From an uncultured archaeon (GTDB lineage Archaea; Nanobdellota; Nanobdellia; Pacearchaeales; GW2011-AR1), in the NCBI GenBank assembly GCA_903831045.1, contig CAIKWG010000042.1:13239-77238 (forward strand): a stretch of 64,000 bases of DNA. The letters are read 5' to 3'. Positions 1-9,058 of the stretch are shown here, in pieces. The position numbers were made by a program, and so were the translations under genes. Positions within the stretch are counted from its first letter, which is position 1, and the number at the start of each line of letters is the position of its first letter. The notes under the pieces were generated by a model. It was not told the DNA's origin. It did not search any database and saw only the letters and a program-made list of their open reading frames with translations.

Positions 1-345
1 TGGGAAGATGGAGCCATTGACTTTGGTTTGGGCTTAATGCGAATTGCTTTTACGGCAGATGCCCAGGGAAATATGACTTTGGAGATAAAAGATTTAATGA
101 CCGGAGAAGTAAATGTAAATTCCATCAAAGGAACTTTTGATCCAAAGAGTAAACCAGGGTCAGATATTATGATTACTCAAACCCATCGCTGGGCCAATGA
201 GTGGATAGCTCTTACTCCGGGAGATCCAATTCCCGCTAGAAGTATGCGTTATGACATTCTTGCAGGTTCAGGTATGAAATTTTATTATGCTCAAACCAAT
301 CCTGTTTCAGAATGGTGGTTCCAGGTTAATTTGACAAAGCAGTAA
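1..345 (+). CDS. hypothetical protein, C-terminal fragment (frame open at window edge)
   Basis: Frame 1 has no stop from nt 1 to TAA at 343-345; no domain recognised. Confidence 0.55.
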   Translation, partial: WEDGAIDFGLGLMRIAFTADAQGNMTLEIKDLMTGEVNVNSIKGTFDPKSKPGSDIMITQTHRWANEWIALTPGDPIPARSMRYDILAGSGMKFYYAQTNPVSEWWFQVNLTKQ

Positions 346-349
346 GAAC

Positions 350-535
350 ATGTCAGAAACTAAAAAGATAGATGTGGAGAAAACAATTCAAAACATCTTG
401 GATAAAAGAAGTATTGGAATTTCAGTTGATGAAGCAAAATTAAGAGCTGAGATTCAAAATCTTAAGGATCCAACAGATTTTCTAACTCAGTGTGTGAAAC
501 TGGTGCGTACTGAGATTGCTTATGTCCAGAAGTAA
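350..535 (+). CDS. small hypothetical protein (61 aa)
   Basis: ATG 4 nt after previous stop; charged helical-looking; no homology recognised. Confidence 0.45.
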   Translation: MSETKKIDVEKTIQNILDKRSIGISVDEAKLRAEIQNLKDPTDFLTQCVKLVRTEIAYVQK

Positions 536-554
536 TCATTAATCTTTAACGGCA

Positions 555-625
555 GCTCTATTAGTTTAAGGATAAAACATCTGACTTCTTATCAGAAGAT
601 GCAAGTTCGAGTCTTGTACAGAGCA
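555..625 (+). tRNA. tRNA-Arg(UCU), AT-rich and atypical (U37, one A-C mismatch in acceptor stem)
   Basis: Manual cloverleaf: acceptor GCTCTAT/ACAGAGC, D stem GTTT/AAAC with GG loop, anticodon stem TCTGA/TCAGA with loop CTTCTTA, T arm GCAAG-TTCGAGT-CTTGT; no encoded CCA. Confidence 0.6.
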
Positions 626-671
626 CAAATTTTACAAAACCAATCTAATTAATAATTTCAATTTTATTATT

Positions 672-1235
672 ATGAACTCAACTTTTTGTATGTCTTTTGC
701 TTTCTATATGTGGGCAATTGGCAAAGCAATGGAAGAAGTTGCATTTAAGCAAGCTTTTTCTGAACCTGATGCTTATTTTGAACAGCATCATCCAATTATT
801 GACGAAGAAGAAAATGATTTGGAACAAAATCATTGGATTCAGGTAGCTCTCCTTGAGTCTTTTATGGAAGATGAACCTCTTGAAGAAGATTCCATCTCTG
901 TCGAAGAGATTGCACTAATTAAAAAATGGGACTGCAAACGTCCAGATAATACCAGCAGAAGATCAAGGTATAATCATTATGATAAATACCGCAGGCAAAA
1001 AGACTCTTGCAGTTATCTTTGTCAGGATGAACTTCGCTTCAAAAGAGCAAACAGACACAGAACTCCAATTAATGTTGACACCACCGATTTCTCTTATCGT
1101 GTTTATGCTTCCAATCCGAGAAGTTATTATAAAGAACAGCATGTGAAACTTTTTGTTAATCTTCAGGATAACAAAATAGAAGTAGCGAATATTCATGGCA
1201 CAAGCCATTATTTTCAGATGGAACTTGTTTTCTAG
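672..1235 (+). CDS. hypothetical acidic protein
   Basis: 187-aa ORF; Asp/Glu-rich middle, basic C-terminal half; no domain recognised. Confidence 0.55.
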   Translation: MNSTFCMSFAFYMWAIGKAMEEVAFKQAFSEPDAYFEQHHPIIDEEENDLEQNHWIQVALLESFMEDEPLEEDSISVEEIALIKKWDCKRPDNTSRRSRYNHYDKYRRQKDSCSYLCQDELRFKRANRHRTPINVDTTDFSYRVYASNPRSYYKEQHVKLFVNLQDNKIEVANIHGTSHYFQMELVF

Positions 1236-1264
1236 TCTCTCCTTTTTTACTTTCATATTTCTCT

Positions 1265-1310
1265 GCAGGTGCACTTTTCTCCCCGAAAGCATGTGCACCT
1301 GCTTTTTTCT
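1265..1310 (+). terminator. hairpin terminator, family A
   Basis: GCAGGTGCAC...GTGCACCTGC followed by TTTTTT; near-copy at 10132. Confidence 0.6.
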
Positions 1311-1343
1311 TTAATAAAATTTTCAAAAATAATTTAATAATCA

Positions 1344-1589
1344 ATGATTATGAATACAAAACAAATTAATTCAGCATTGCCAACCCTTGCTCTGCCCAGA
1401 GTTTTAGGTTGGGTTATACTTGGTCTTGTAATAATGGGATTATTGGCAATTATTTGTGGAATTAAAATTGCAACTGAAAAATCTATCTGGGGATTAGTTG
1501 CATTTGTTCCTGCATGTCTGTTCGTAAGCTCCATAGTTTATTGTACAATAAAAGATTATACTAAACAAAAATTTTCAAAAACAGCTTAA
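1344..1589 (+). CDS. small membrane protein (2 TM)
   Basis: 81-aa ORF with two hydrophobic helices. Confidence 0.55.
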   Translation: MIMNTKQINSALPTLALPRVLGWVILGLVIMGLLAIICGIKIATEKSIWGLVAFVPACLFVSSIVYCTIKDYTKQKFSKTA

Positions 1590-1601
1590 TAATTTTTAGT
1601 C

Positions 1602-2024
1602 ATGAAAACTTTTATTTCTAACCTTTACAAAAGAATAATTAATTCGATTGTAAGCATGTCAAATTTAGGAGTAATTGTTAGTGCATGGGCAATAGCAATT
1701 TTTCTCCTTTGGATTCCGCTTGAAGGAAAAGAAATGTTTCACAAACATCTTTTCTGGAATTTGTGGTTTGTAATTTATTTTGTGTTTACTTGCATTCGTC
1801 TGCATGTATCCATTAAACGTATAGACAGAATGAGTATGCGTGGATTTATCACAATTATGTATCTTCTCATCATTGTGTTTCTAACAATGCCTATATGGTT
1901 AGGTTCTTTGATGGAATTTTCTTTTGGAAAAATATTTTTCTTAATAGCTATTCCTTTTGATTTATTCGGAAGATTTATGCTGTACGAAATTTATACTAAG
2001 AGAGGCAAAGATTATCACTTTTAA
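1602..2024 (+). CDS. integral membrane protein
   Basis: 140 aa with about 4 hydrophobic segments; ATG in tttagtcATG context. Confidence 0.6.
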   Translation: MKTFISNLYKRIINSIVSMSNLGVIVSAWAIAIFLLWIPLEGKEMFHKHLFWNLWFVIYFVFTCIRLHVSIKRIDRMSMRGFITIMYLLIIVFLTMPIWLGSLMEFSFGKIFFLIAIPFDLFGRFMLYEIYTKRGKDYHF

Positions 2025-2061
2025 TGGATATTTTAAAAACAAATTTCTAATTTTCAAAATA

Positions 2062-2739
2062 ATGAAAACATCTATTTCTAATTCAGTTAACTCCTGGAAT
2101 GTAGACAGAGTTGTAAGAGTGTTTGCTAAATTTGGTGTTCTTTACTTCCTCGGATTAATAATTTTTTATCTTGTAAAGAATCCCACTGTTTTTCATTTCT
2201 ATCTTCCTAATGGATCTCTATCTCCTAACTACCATTGGATAGCCCAACTTGTGATAAATATGTTCGGCTATTTTTTCTTTGTAGCTTCTGTTGCGGTATT
2301 CCTTTGGAATATTGAGGATAATAAAAGATTAAATGCTGCGCAGAGAGAAGATTCAGGATTAAGAGCCCTCCTTGGATTCGTCTTTGGATTAATAATTACT
2401 GCTTTTATTTTCATTTTTTACCATAATCTGTTCATGCCCCCATCTTTCTCGATGTTGGTGTTGCCAGAGTTAATCACTTTTATTGTTATTGCATGCCTGG
2501 CAGATGCTATTCCAAATAGTCGTAGGACTTATTCTACTATGCTATATTCTTTGATTTTTGGTTATTGTTTCTTTATGGGTTTCTTTCTTGGGTTTCTTGA
2601 GGCAGTAGTTCTTTTAGTAACATTAATTTCCCTTGCATGGATTTTGGTCCTAATAATAAGAATTATCTTTTATTCCCCAACCATGTGGAAAAAAATCTGG
2701 AATAGAATAATAACTTTCTTTAAATGGTGGATTAAATAA
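2062..2739 (+). CDS. integral membrane protein
   Basis: Track ORF 1957-2739 trimmed to ATG at 2062 (MKTSISN) to avoid overlap; multiple TM segments. Confidence 0.6.
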   Translation: MKTSISNSVNSWNVDRVVRVFAKFGVLYFLGLIIFYLVKNPTVFHFYLPNGSLSPNYHWIAQLVINMFGYFFFVASVAVFLWNIEDNKRLNAAQREDSGLRALLGFVFGLIITAFIFIFYHNLFMPPSFSMLVLPELITFIVIACLADAIPNSRRTYSTMLYSLIFGYCFFMGFFLGFLEAVVLLVTLISLAWILVLIIRIIFYSPTMWKKIWNRIITFFKWWIK

Positions 2740-2757
2740 TAAATAAATTTAGTAGTC

Positions 2758-3222
2758 ATGAAAAATTTAGTTAATCAATTTGATGAACCCGAAGGAAAAG
2801 GTTCAATTCTGCATTTGAAAAATGGCAAAAAATTTCTTGCTTTCTATCTGACGGAATATCGTAGCTATCAAATTTTTAAGGATGTCGATAGCAATTACTG
2901 GGCCTATGATCCTACACCAGAAATAAAGAAAGTCTGCGAACCTTTATGCAAAACGTTTGAAGAAGTTCAGGAATTAATTAATGATGCGATTGTACTTGAA
3001 TTTGCAGGATCCTGCTTTGAATCGGAGTATGGTGATCCTGAAAAATATCGTGATGAAGATGAACAGCTCTTTAAAGATCAAGAAGAACAGGATCTTTTGA
3101 GAGATGAACATGAAGCTCTGAAGGATGAACTTGACCCGCGCTCTTACCAGAACATCTTTAACTTTGATGGTCTCGAGCCCTATGCAAATGAAGAAGAAGC
3201 TTATTGGGGCTCTAACTTGTAA
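2758..3222 (+). CDS. hypothetical acidic cytoplasmic protein
   Basis: 154 aa; very Asp/Glu-rich C-terminus; no TM. Confidence 0.6.
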   Translation: MKNLVNQFDEPEGKGSILHLKNGKKFLAFYLTEYRSYQIFKDVDSNYWAYDPTPEIKKVCEPLCKTFEEVQELINDAIVLEFAGSCFESEYGDPEKYRDEDEQLFKDQEEQDLLRDEHEALKDELDPRSYQNIFNFDGLEPYANEEEAYWGSNL

Positions 3223-3248
3223 AAAATAATTTAATAGATTTTAATCAA

Positions 3249-3797
3249 ATGAAAAAGTTTCTCAATTCTCATCTGCTCTGGCAGATTGTCTCAGGAATTA
3301 ATTTCCTTGGAAGTATCGCACTTCTGTTACCTTTTATGAGCTTGGCACTTACGCATCAAGACAACTGGTTTATTAGTTTCACAACGAATTCTGAACTTAC
3401 CTATCTTTACAATGGTCTCTTTGTAACGTATAATCCAGATACATTGTTTAAGTTTAGTGGAATCTGGTTTTCTCTTTCAACCATTGCTACAATTCTAATG
3501 CTTATCCTCCCTTCTTATTTATCTAAACCAAAATTTATAGAATTAACAAATGGTGCTGATAAAAAAGTTAAGGTAGACATATCAAGAAGGGCTTGTAAAA
3601 AATATGGTGCTTGCTATAATGAATATGTGCTCTTTCCAGATAGAAGCATGGCCGTGGTAATTGGAGTTGGTCCAGATATAAAAGGGCATAATCAACTTTG
3701 GTTAATCTTCTTGAATGATAGTGGCAAAGCTTCCTATTTACCTGATTGGAAAGATGTTAGCTTTATTACAGAGCAAGAAATAAAAATTTTAAGATAA
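3249..3797 (+). CDS. membrane-anchored hypothetical protein
   Basis: 182 aa; N-terminal TM segments then soluble C-terminal domain. Confidence 0.6.
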   Translation: MKKFLNSHLLWQIVSGINFLGSIALLLPFMSLALTHQDNWFISFTTNSELTYLYNGLFVTYNPDTLFKFSGIWFSLSTIATILMLILPSYLSKPKFIELTNGADKKVKVDISRRACKKYGACYNEYVLFPDRSMAVVIGVGPDIKGHNQLWLIFLNDSGKASYLPDWKDVSFITEQEIKILR

Positions 3798-3823
3798 CGG
3801 ATTAATTTCTGCTTGGCTCATTT

Positions 3824-3858
3824 TTCTGTTTGGAGTTTAACTAAACAGAATTTATTTT
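3824..3858 (+). terminator. hairpin terminator, family C
   Basis: TTCTGTTTGG-AGTTTAA-CTAAACAGAA then T-rich tract; near-identical copy at 30197. Confidence 0.55.
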
Positions 3859-3867
3859 CATTAATAA

Positions 3868-3903
3868 TTAATTAACAATTTTAATTTATAGGAGATTTAT
3901 ATT
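3868..3903 (+). promoter_or_regulatory. reiterated 5' cassette (ATTAACAAT...TTTATAGGAG...ATG)
   Basis: aattaacaattttaatttataggagatttatatt directly before ATG 3904. Confidence 0.5.
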
Positions 3904-5043
3904 ATGTCAATGGGTTATTCAAAATCAAAAGACCTTCAGGGTAAAATCCTCGAGGTTGGAGATAGAGTGCTTCTAGAAGAAATTATCTATGAAGCAAAAA
4001 CTATTCCAAGCACTTCTTTCTTTGAGCTTGCTCACGTTTTTGATGGAAGAAATTGTACTCTCACATCAAGAGAAACATTGGAACAATTAACTGAATATGC
4101 AATGGAAAAATTTCTGGCTAATGAAAAGAAGATTGCAGATTCATCTATCTCTGCTACGTCGGAAATTCCAGAATTTCCAAAGTTTGAAGTTCCAAAAACT
4201 TGGGCCACTTATACTCATTCTTCAGAGCTTAATGGTAAAATCCTTCAAATAGGAGATAGTGTTAAATTTCCAAAAAAGGATCTTTCCTATAGAGTAGTTG
4301 AAGATAAAAAGATGGGGCATGTGCTCTTGTACAAGGGTTCCATTCCAAAATTTTTCCTTGGGTCAAAAACCTTGGAAGAATTAACTTCAAGGGTGATTGA
4401 GAAATTTAAGGAAGAGGAACGACAGATTGCAGAAGAAGCCGAAGCAAAAAAAGAAGCCGAAGAAATTCTGCCTTTCTTTCCCGAGCCTGTAGAGAACTTT
4501 GTTTTCACCTCTTCAAATGAACTTAAAGGAAAAACTCTTGGTGTTAAGGATATTGTGTATTTTCCTACTAAAGAGACTTCCTATGAGGTTGCACTTAACA
4601 TCAATCCTAAGATTCCCTATGTTCTCAAATATCGGGACTCAGAATTTAAGATGGTTCTGCTGGGATATTCTCTTGAGGATTTAACTCAGAACACAATTCT
4701 TAAATTTGAGGAAGAGGAACATTTCATGGCAGAAAAAGCCGAAAAAGAGAAAGCAAAATCCGCCAAAGTTATTGTAGACTCTTCAGATTACTTTAAGTCC
4801 AAGATCTTACGGGTGGGGGATGTAATTAAATTTCCCGGAATTGCCCAGACTTTTGTTTTTCAGATAGATGCAGATTATAACTTCGTACTTCTGACAGAGC
4901 AAGGTTTGCCAACTAAACATTATTTTAATTCTTCCTATGCTGTGACTTCCGTTGTGGCAGAGGCATTCAAGGCTTTTGAAGAAGCCATAAAGATTGCTCA
5001 AGGGTTTAGTCTAAATTCTGCACCAACAATTAATCTTGGATAA
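3904..5043 (+). CDS. hypothetical protein with four ~97-aa internal repeats
   Basis: Repeats start SKDLQGKILEVGDRV / SSELNGKILQIGDSV / SSNELKGKTLGVKDIV / SSDYFKSKILRVGDVI; each is followed by a Glu/Lys-rich helix. Confidence 0.7.
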   Translation: MSMGYSKSKDLQGKILEVGDRVLLEEIIYEAKTIPSTSFFELAHVFDGRNCTLTSRETLEQLTEYAMEKFLANEKKIADSSISATSEIPEFPKFEVPKTWATYTHSSELNGKILQIGDSVKFPKKDLSYRVVEDKKMGHVLLYKGSIPKFFLGSKTLEELTSRVIEKFKEEERQIAEEAEAKKEAEEILPFFPEPVENFVFTSSNELKGKTLGVKDIVYFPTKETSYEVALNINPKIPYVLKYRDSEFKMVLLGYSLEDLTQNTILKFEEEEHFMAEKAEKEKAKSAKVIVDSSDYFKSKILRVGDVIKFPGIAQTFVFQIDADYNFVLLTEQGLPTKHYFNSSYAVTSVVAEAFKAFEEAIKIAQGFSLNSAPTINLG

Positions 5044-5112
5044 CCTTTTCATTTATCTTTCACATTAAGAGAGCAGAAAAAAGAAAGGAGGAAATCTTCT
5101 GCTCCTTAAATT

Positions 5113-5136
5113 AATTTACAAATTTACAAATTTACA
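5113..5136. repeat. tandem 8-mer (AATTTACA) x3
   Basis: Three exact adjacent copies in the intergenic region after a hairpin (5071-5104). Confidence 0.8.
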
Positions 5137-5140
5137 AATT

Positions 5141-5368
5141 TTGTTCAAAGTGAAAACGAAAAATATTTTGCTTTTATTGTTATGCTCTCTGCTTATGGCA
5201 AGTCTAGTTCTTGGAGTTAGTTTTCTAGTTACAAAAGAATCTTTCTCTATGCGTGCTCTTCTTGAGCTTTGGTCCTTGTGTTTTATATTCTTTATCTTTT
5301 TCAGATTTATCAAATTAACAATAATTAATAATTCCAAATTTTTATTTAATCATGAAAACTCTTATTAA
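5141..5368 (+). CDS. small membrane protein (non-ATG start, TTG 5141 or GTG 5150)
   Basis: Hydrophobic 70-75 aa ORF; overlaps next gene by 17 nt; start uncertain. Confidence 0.35.
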   Translation: MFKVKTKNILLLLLCSLLMASLVLGVSFLVTKESFSMRALLELWSLCFIFFIFFRFIKLTIINNSKFLFNHENSY

Positions 5369-5639
5369 GAAAATTATTCATTCAGGAGAAATCTATTCCT
5401 GGTTGCTTGCGGGTTTTACCTTTTCACTCATTGCCGTTATGTGGAAAGAAAATAAAATCCTGGTTTATGCTCTTCCTCAGGTTGCAGTAGTTATGGCTCA
5501 ACTTATTTATCTTCTTATTGAGAAACAGAAATTTTTCTCAATCAAACTTCTCTATTCGGAAATTGTCATTAATTTGGCTTACTTTAGTTCCTATGAATTC
5601 TTTCTTTTCTTTATGAAATCAGGTTTATCTAATAATTAA
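5352..5639 (+). CDS. small membrane protein
   Basis: 95 aa with about 3 TM segments. Confidence 0.55.
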   Translation: MKTLIKKIIHSGEIYSWLLAGFTFSLIAVMWKENKILVYALPQVAVVMAQLIYLLIEKQKFFSIKLLYSEIVINLAYFSSYEFFLFFMKSGLSNN

Positions 5640-5659
5640 TAATTTTAAATTTTATTATC

Positions 5660-6358
5660 ATGAAAAATTCCATTAACAAATCCATGCCAGCAATATTTTT
5701 AATATTACTTTTTGCTTCAGTATTGTGCTTTAATTTTGCTGACCTTTCTCTTAAAACATCTTTCTTTGGATTTCCTGGACTTCCAGAAATTATCCTGGTA
5801 ATCTTCTTTGCAATGTCCCCAACATTTTTGCTTCTCTGGGGAGCAAGCACAAATGGGTATAAAGAATATTCTCCTGGATTTTTATTTGCAATGGTTGTCT
5901 TCTTAGCTATTATTTTAGCAATAGTTGTTTTTGTAATGAGTATTCTTCCTCTTGGAATCTTATATGCGCTTTCGTGTGCTTTTTTCTTAATCCCAACTAT
6001 CCTCTATATTCTCAAGAGAAATAAAAGGTTGCTGGAGATAGAAACAGCAGAAAAAGCAATAGCAATAAGAAAAGCCAAGGCAAAAGTTGCAGAGCACAAA
6101 AGAGAACTTGAGAAAATCTTTCAGGAGTTCTTTGATAAGAATGCATTATACACAGAATCCCAAGAGGTTTACGAACTAACAGAATATGCAGATAAAATCA
6201 TGGATTTAACGGTTATAGAATTTCCAAAAAAAATCAAAGAAACTCTCAATGATTTTAATAAAATTCCTGTAACTCTAAGGCCCTGGTTGTTTGCAGTAGT
6301 TGCAAAACGTCTAACAGAATTAAAGAATTGTTCTGTTGAAGATTTATTTCAGGAATAA
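5660..6358 (+). CDS. membrane protein, paralog of 6851-7561
   Basis: N-terminal TM bundle, KRNKR + Lys/Glu helix, C-terminus LFAVVAKRLTELKNCSVEDL matches LFSIVAQKLADLRGCSLEEV. Confidence 0.65.
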   Translation: MKNSINKSMPAIFLILLFASVLCFNFADLSLKTSFFGFPGLPEIILVIFFAMSPTFLLLWGASTNGYKEYSPGFLFAMVVFLAIILAIVVFVMSILPLGILYALSCAFFLIPTILYILKRNKRLLEIETAEKAIAIRKAKAKVAEHKRELEKIFQEFFDKNALYTESQEVYELTEYADKIMDLTVIEFPKKIKETLNDFNKIPVTLRPWLFAVVAKRLTELKNCSVEDLFQE

Positions 6359-6401
6359 TTCTAAACTTCTCCTAAAAATTAATTAATAATTTTAAAACAA
6401 A

Positions 6402-6830
6402 ATGAATAAGCTTTTTGAAACCATCGAAGATTTTCTAAATCAATTAAAATTGGACTTTCTCCCAGATTCCCAGTTTCTAGGAGATTTAATTTCTGACTGC
6501 ATCGCATATATTGACTTCATTATTTCTTTAGAAGAAAGAAAATTGGAAATCTTGAATTTCAAAGAAGAAGATTTTACTGAAAAGAAGAAGCCAGTTTATC
6601 TCTTGAAGTACCCTGAAGCAGCAGTGATGTTGTCTGTAACTAAAAGAGAGAAATCTCTTTGCGAAAAGCATCTTGTAAGTCTAAGGACAACAAGAGATTC
6701 CTATAATCTTGTGTTAGCACAAGTTGGTTCCTATCCTTATCCTAACAGAAATATTGTTTTGGATTTTCAGGAAACAGCCAATCTCCTAAGAGAGGAAAAA
6801 ATTCAATTAGAAAAAGAACTCAATCAATAA
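6402..6830 (+). CDS. hypothetical cytoplasmic protein
   Basis: 142-aa ORF; no TM; no domain recognised. Confidence 0.55.
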   Translation: MNKLFETIEDFLNQLKLDFLPDSQFLGDLISDCIAYIDFIISLEERKLEILNFKEEDFTEKKKPVYLLKYPEAAVMLSVTKREKSLCEKHLVSLRTTRDSYNLVLAQVGSYPYPNRNIVLDFQETANLLREEKIQLEKELNQ

Positions 6831-6850
6831 TTCTAAATTTTTATTTCATC

Positions 6851-7561
6851 ATGAAAAACTTTCTTAAACATTTTATCAACAAAGGAGGGATATTCCTTTT
6901 TTGTGCAATTGTGTGCACTGTATTATTTGTACTTCTATGGTCTCATCATGCAACTTTAGCAGTTATTACTGTTGCATGTGTACTGCCTCTTTTATATCTC
7001 TGGTCCTGGTACGTAAGTTATACAATTGAGTCGATTAAACGTAATCCCTCTCTGCCAGATGCATTTTCAAATTCTGGTTTTGTGATGGTAGTTGCAGCAA
7101 TATTTGTTATGTGTGTGGGATTTTCTAACAATCATTTTTGGATAATTTACCTAACACTATCCGTTGTTCTTTTCTGTTTAGATCTTTTAATAATTTCCAA
7201 ACGAAACAAGAGAATGATCAGACTTTGGGAAGCCAAGAAAGCAGAAGAAGAAAAGCAGATAGCAATTGAACTGGAAAGCAAAAAGAAAATGCTTGATACG
7301 GTTTTGTTTATATTCTTGGATTCAGGAGCTCCCAATATGAATGCACTTCAAATAAGGGAGATTCTTCAATCAAAGGAGAACATTGATAAAATCGCTTCTG
7401 TAGATAATCCCGAAGAGCTTTCAGTTTTGCTTAATGAGACGTTTTCCACAATTCCTGTGTCAAACATTTATCTCTTATTTTCAATAGTAGCCCAAAAACT
7501 TGCAGACCTTCGTGGATGCTCACTGGAAGAGGTTTGTAAAAGTAGAACTCTTCATGTTTAA
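6851..7561 (+). CDS. membrane protein, paralog of 5660-6358
   Basis: Same architecture and C-terminal motif as 5660-6358. Confidence 0.65.
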   Translation: MKNFLKHFINKGGIFLFCAIVCTVLFVLLWSHHATLAVITVACVLPLLYLWSWYVSYTIESIKRNPSLPDAFSNSGFVMVVAAIFVMCVGFSNNHFWIIYLTLSVVLFCLDLLIISKRNKRMIRLWEAKKAEEEKQIAIELESKKKMLDTVLFIFLDSGAPNMNALQIREILQSKENIDKIASVDNPEELSVLLNETFSTIPVSNIYLLFSIVAQKLADLRGCSLEEVCKSRTLHV

Positions 7562-7601
7562 TCTTTAATCTAATTCTTTAATTAATAACTTCTATTCTGT
7601 C

Positions 7602-8138
7602 ATGATAACAAAAAATTATTATCGGAATGTTATGTATTTTTGGATGTTTCTGTTCCTGCTCCCAATGCTTGGCGCATTAATCTGTGCAATTTTAATGATA
7701 ATCGGAGGAGACAGTTCGCATCTTTATTTATACGAACAAGGATATGTCAACGGTAACGCCTCTAGTTCTCTAAAACTTGAAGACCTCCTAAGTATTATGT
7801 ATGCTCTGGGAGGTATGTCTCTAGCCTTTAATCTGCTGCTATTTGCGAAAGATCGCAGAACTCTTATTGATTATTCTCCTCTCCTTCAATTTGGATTATT
7901 TATTCTCTGCGCAGCTATAGGTTTCTGGTTGTATCATTATGACATTAATCATACTCCCTTGGAAATACAAGACGAGTTCTTTAATTACAAGGGTCTTATG
8001 AAGATAGGTTATGCATTGTCCGGCCTAATAACTTTCACAATTGCGAGTCTTGTTTATTGGGGGTTCTGGCTTCTTCCTGCTGCTAAAAAAGCAGATAATG
8101 TTAATTTTGAAAAATTGTTAAACGCTCAAAATTCTTAA
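7602..8138 (+). CDS. integral membrane protein
   Basis: 178 aa with about 5 TM segments. Confidence 0.6.
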   Translation: MITKNYYRNVMYFWMFLFLLPMLGALICAILMIIGGDSSHLYLYEQGYVNGNASSSLKLEDLLSIMYALGGMSLAFNLLLFAKDRRTLIDYSPLLQFGLFILCAAIGFWLYHYDINHTPLEIQDEFFNYKGLMKIGYALSGLITFTIASLVYWGFWLLPAAKKADNVNFEKLLNAQNS

Positions 8139-8142
8139 TTCA

Positions 8143-8565
8143 ATGAAAAATAGATTAAACTTCGTTCAGGCAATTGAAACTCTTTTGCCTCTTGCATTTG
8201 TTCTTTCTCGGAATTCCTACCGCTTTGATACGCTTCCAGTTCATCTCCAAGCAATTTTGAAATCCTGTTCGGACCTGAAAGAAAAAGATTCGGATTTGCA
8301 CTTTTTATCAAATGAGCTTGAACTTGAATTAGACTCATCAACAGGCTATCTTAGTCCTGAAGATTGGCAGAAAATTCTCTATCAGTTGAAGGATTATGTT
8401 AAATCAACCAGGGTTTTTTCTGCAGGTAAATTTTATCGCATGCAAATCTTCTCTTCTCTGGACAGAAGTATTATCTCCGTTTCTCCGCTCAAGCCTTTTC
8501 CAAGGGGGTGGCATAAACCAGAGAAGATTTCGACTCTTTCAGATTTATCAAAACTTAATAATTAA
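8143..8565 (+). CDS. hypothetical protein
   Basis: 140-aa ORF starting 5 nt after previous stop. Confidence 0.55.
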   Translation: MKNRLNFVQAIETLLPLAFVLSRNSYRFDTLPVHLQAILKSCSDLKEKDSDLHFLSNELELELDSSTGYLSPEDWQKILYQLKDYVKSTRVFSAGKFYRMQIFSSLDRSIISVSPLKPFPRGWHKPEKISTLSDLSKLNN

Positions 8566-8580
8566 TTGGGAGTTTTTAAA

Positions 8581-9021
8581 ATGAAAGCACAAAAAAAAGT
8601 TGTTCCAGAAAATGAGATAATGAAACTAGTCTTCATTGTCCTTGTTACTTTTTTCTGTTTTGTTGGAATATTTATAGATATTATTCCAAAATTTGAAGAG
8701 ATAGTGGCATCTTCTGACCCTCTGGCCTGGTCCAATTCCTGGATGTTAGACATAGTAGTGGAATTCATCGGGATTATTTTTGTAAGTTTGCTTCTCAATA
8801 GCTTTTTTATTAATACAAAGAAGACAAATAATCCGGTGCTTTTCCTTTCCTATATTGCTGGGGGGATATTATTTGGGTTTATTATATCGGTAATTGTTCT
8901 AGCAATTTTATCAACAAATTCATCTGGTTATTGGAATCTTTGGATAGTTGAACCAGTTTTTGGTTCATGGCTTGGCCTGCTTGCAGGATTTTTTCTAAAC
9001 ATTGGTAATAAACAAAGTTAA
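8581..9021 (+). CDS. integral membrane protein
   Basis: Track ORF 8566 (TTG) trimmed to ATG 8581 behind GGGAG; about 4 TM segments. Confidence 0.6.
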   Translation: MKAQKKVVPENEIMKLVFIVLVTFFCFVGIFIDIIPKFEEIVASSDPLAWSNSWMLDIVVEFIGIIFVSLLLNSFFINTKKTNNPVLFLSYIAGGILFGFIISVIVLAILSTNSSGYWNLWIVEPVFGSWLGLLAGFFLNIGNKQS

Positions 9022-9058
9022 TAATTTCTAAATTTAAAAATTTCTAAATGTTAAAAAA

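Noticed and set aside
963-1344. Minus-strand ORFs 963-1298 and 1156-1344 from the track
   Set aside because: They are antisense to, or overlap, the + strand gene 672-1235 and the terminator. They are low-complexity with no start context. The whole block is otherwise + strand.
4287-5001. Alternative-frame or antisense ORFs 4287-4508(-), 4499-4684(+) and 4807-5001(-)
   Set aside because: They are embedded in the well-supported four-repeat gene 3904-5043. Their composition is typical of shadow ORFs in AT-rich DNA.
5113-5136. AATTTACA x3 tandem repeat as a functional iteron
   Set aside because: Only three short AT-rich copies are present, with no nearby replication gene. It could be simple slippage, so it is kept as a repeat feature only.
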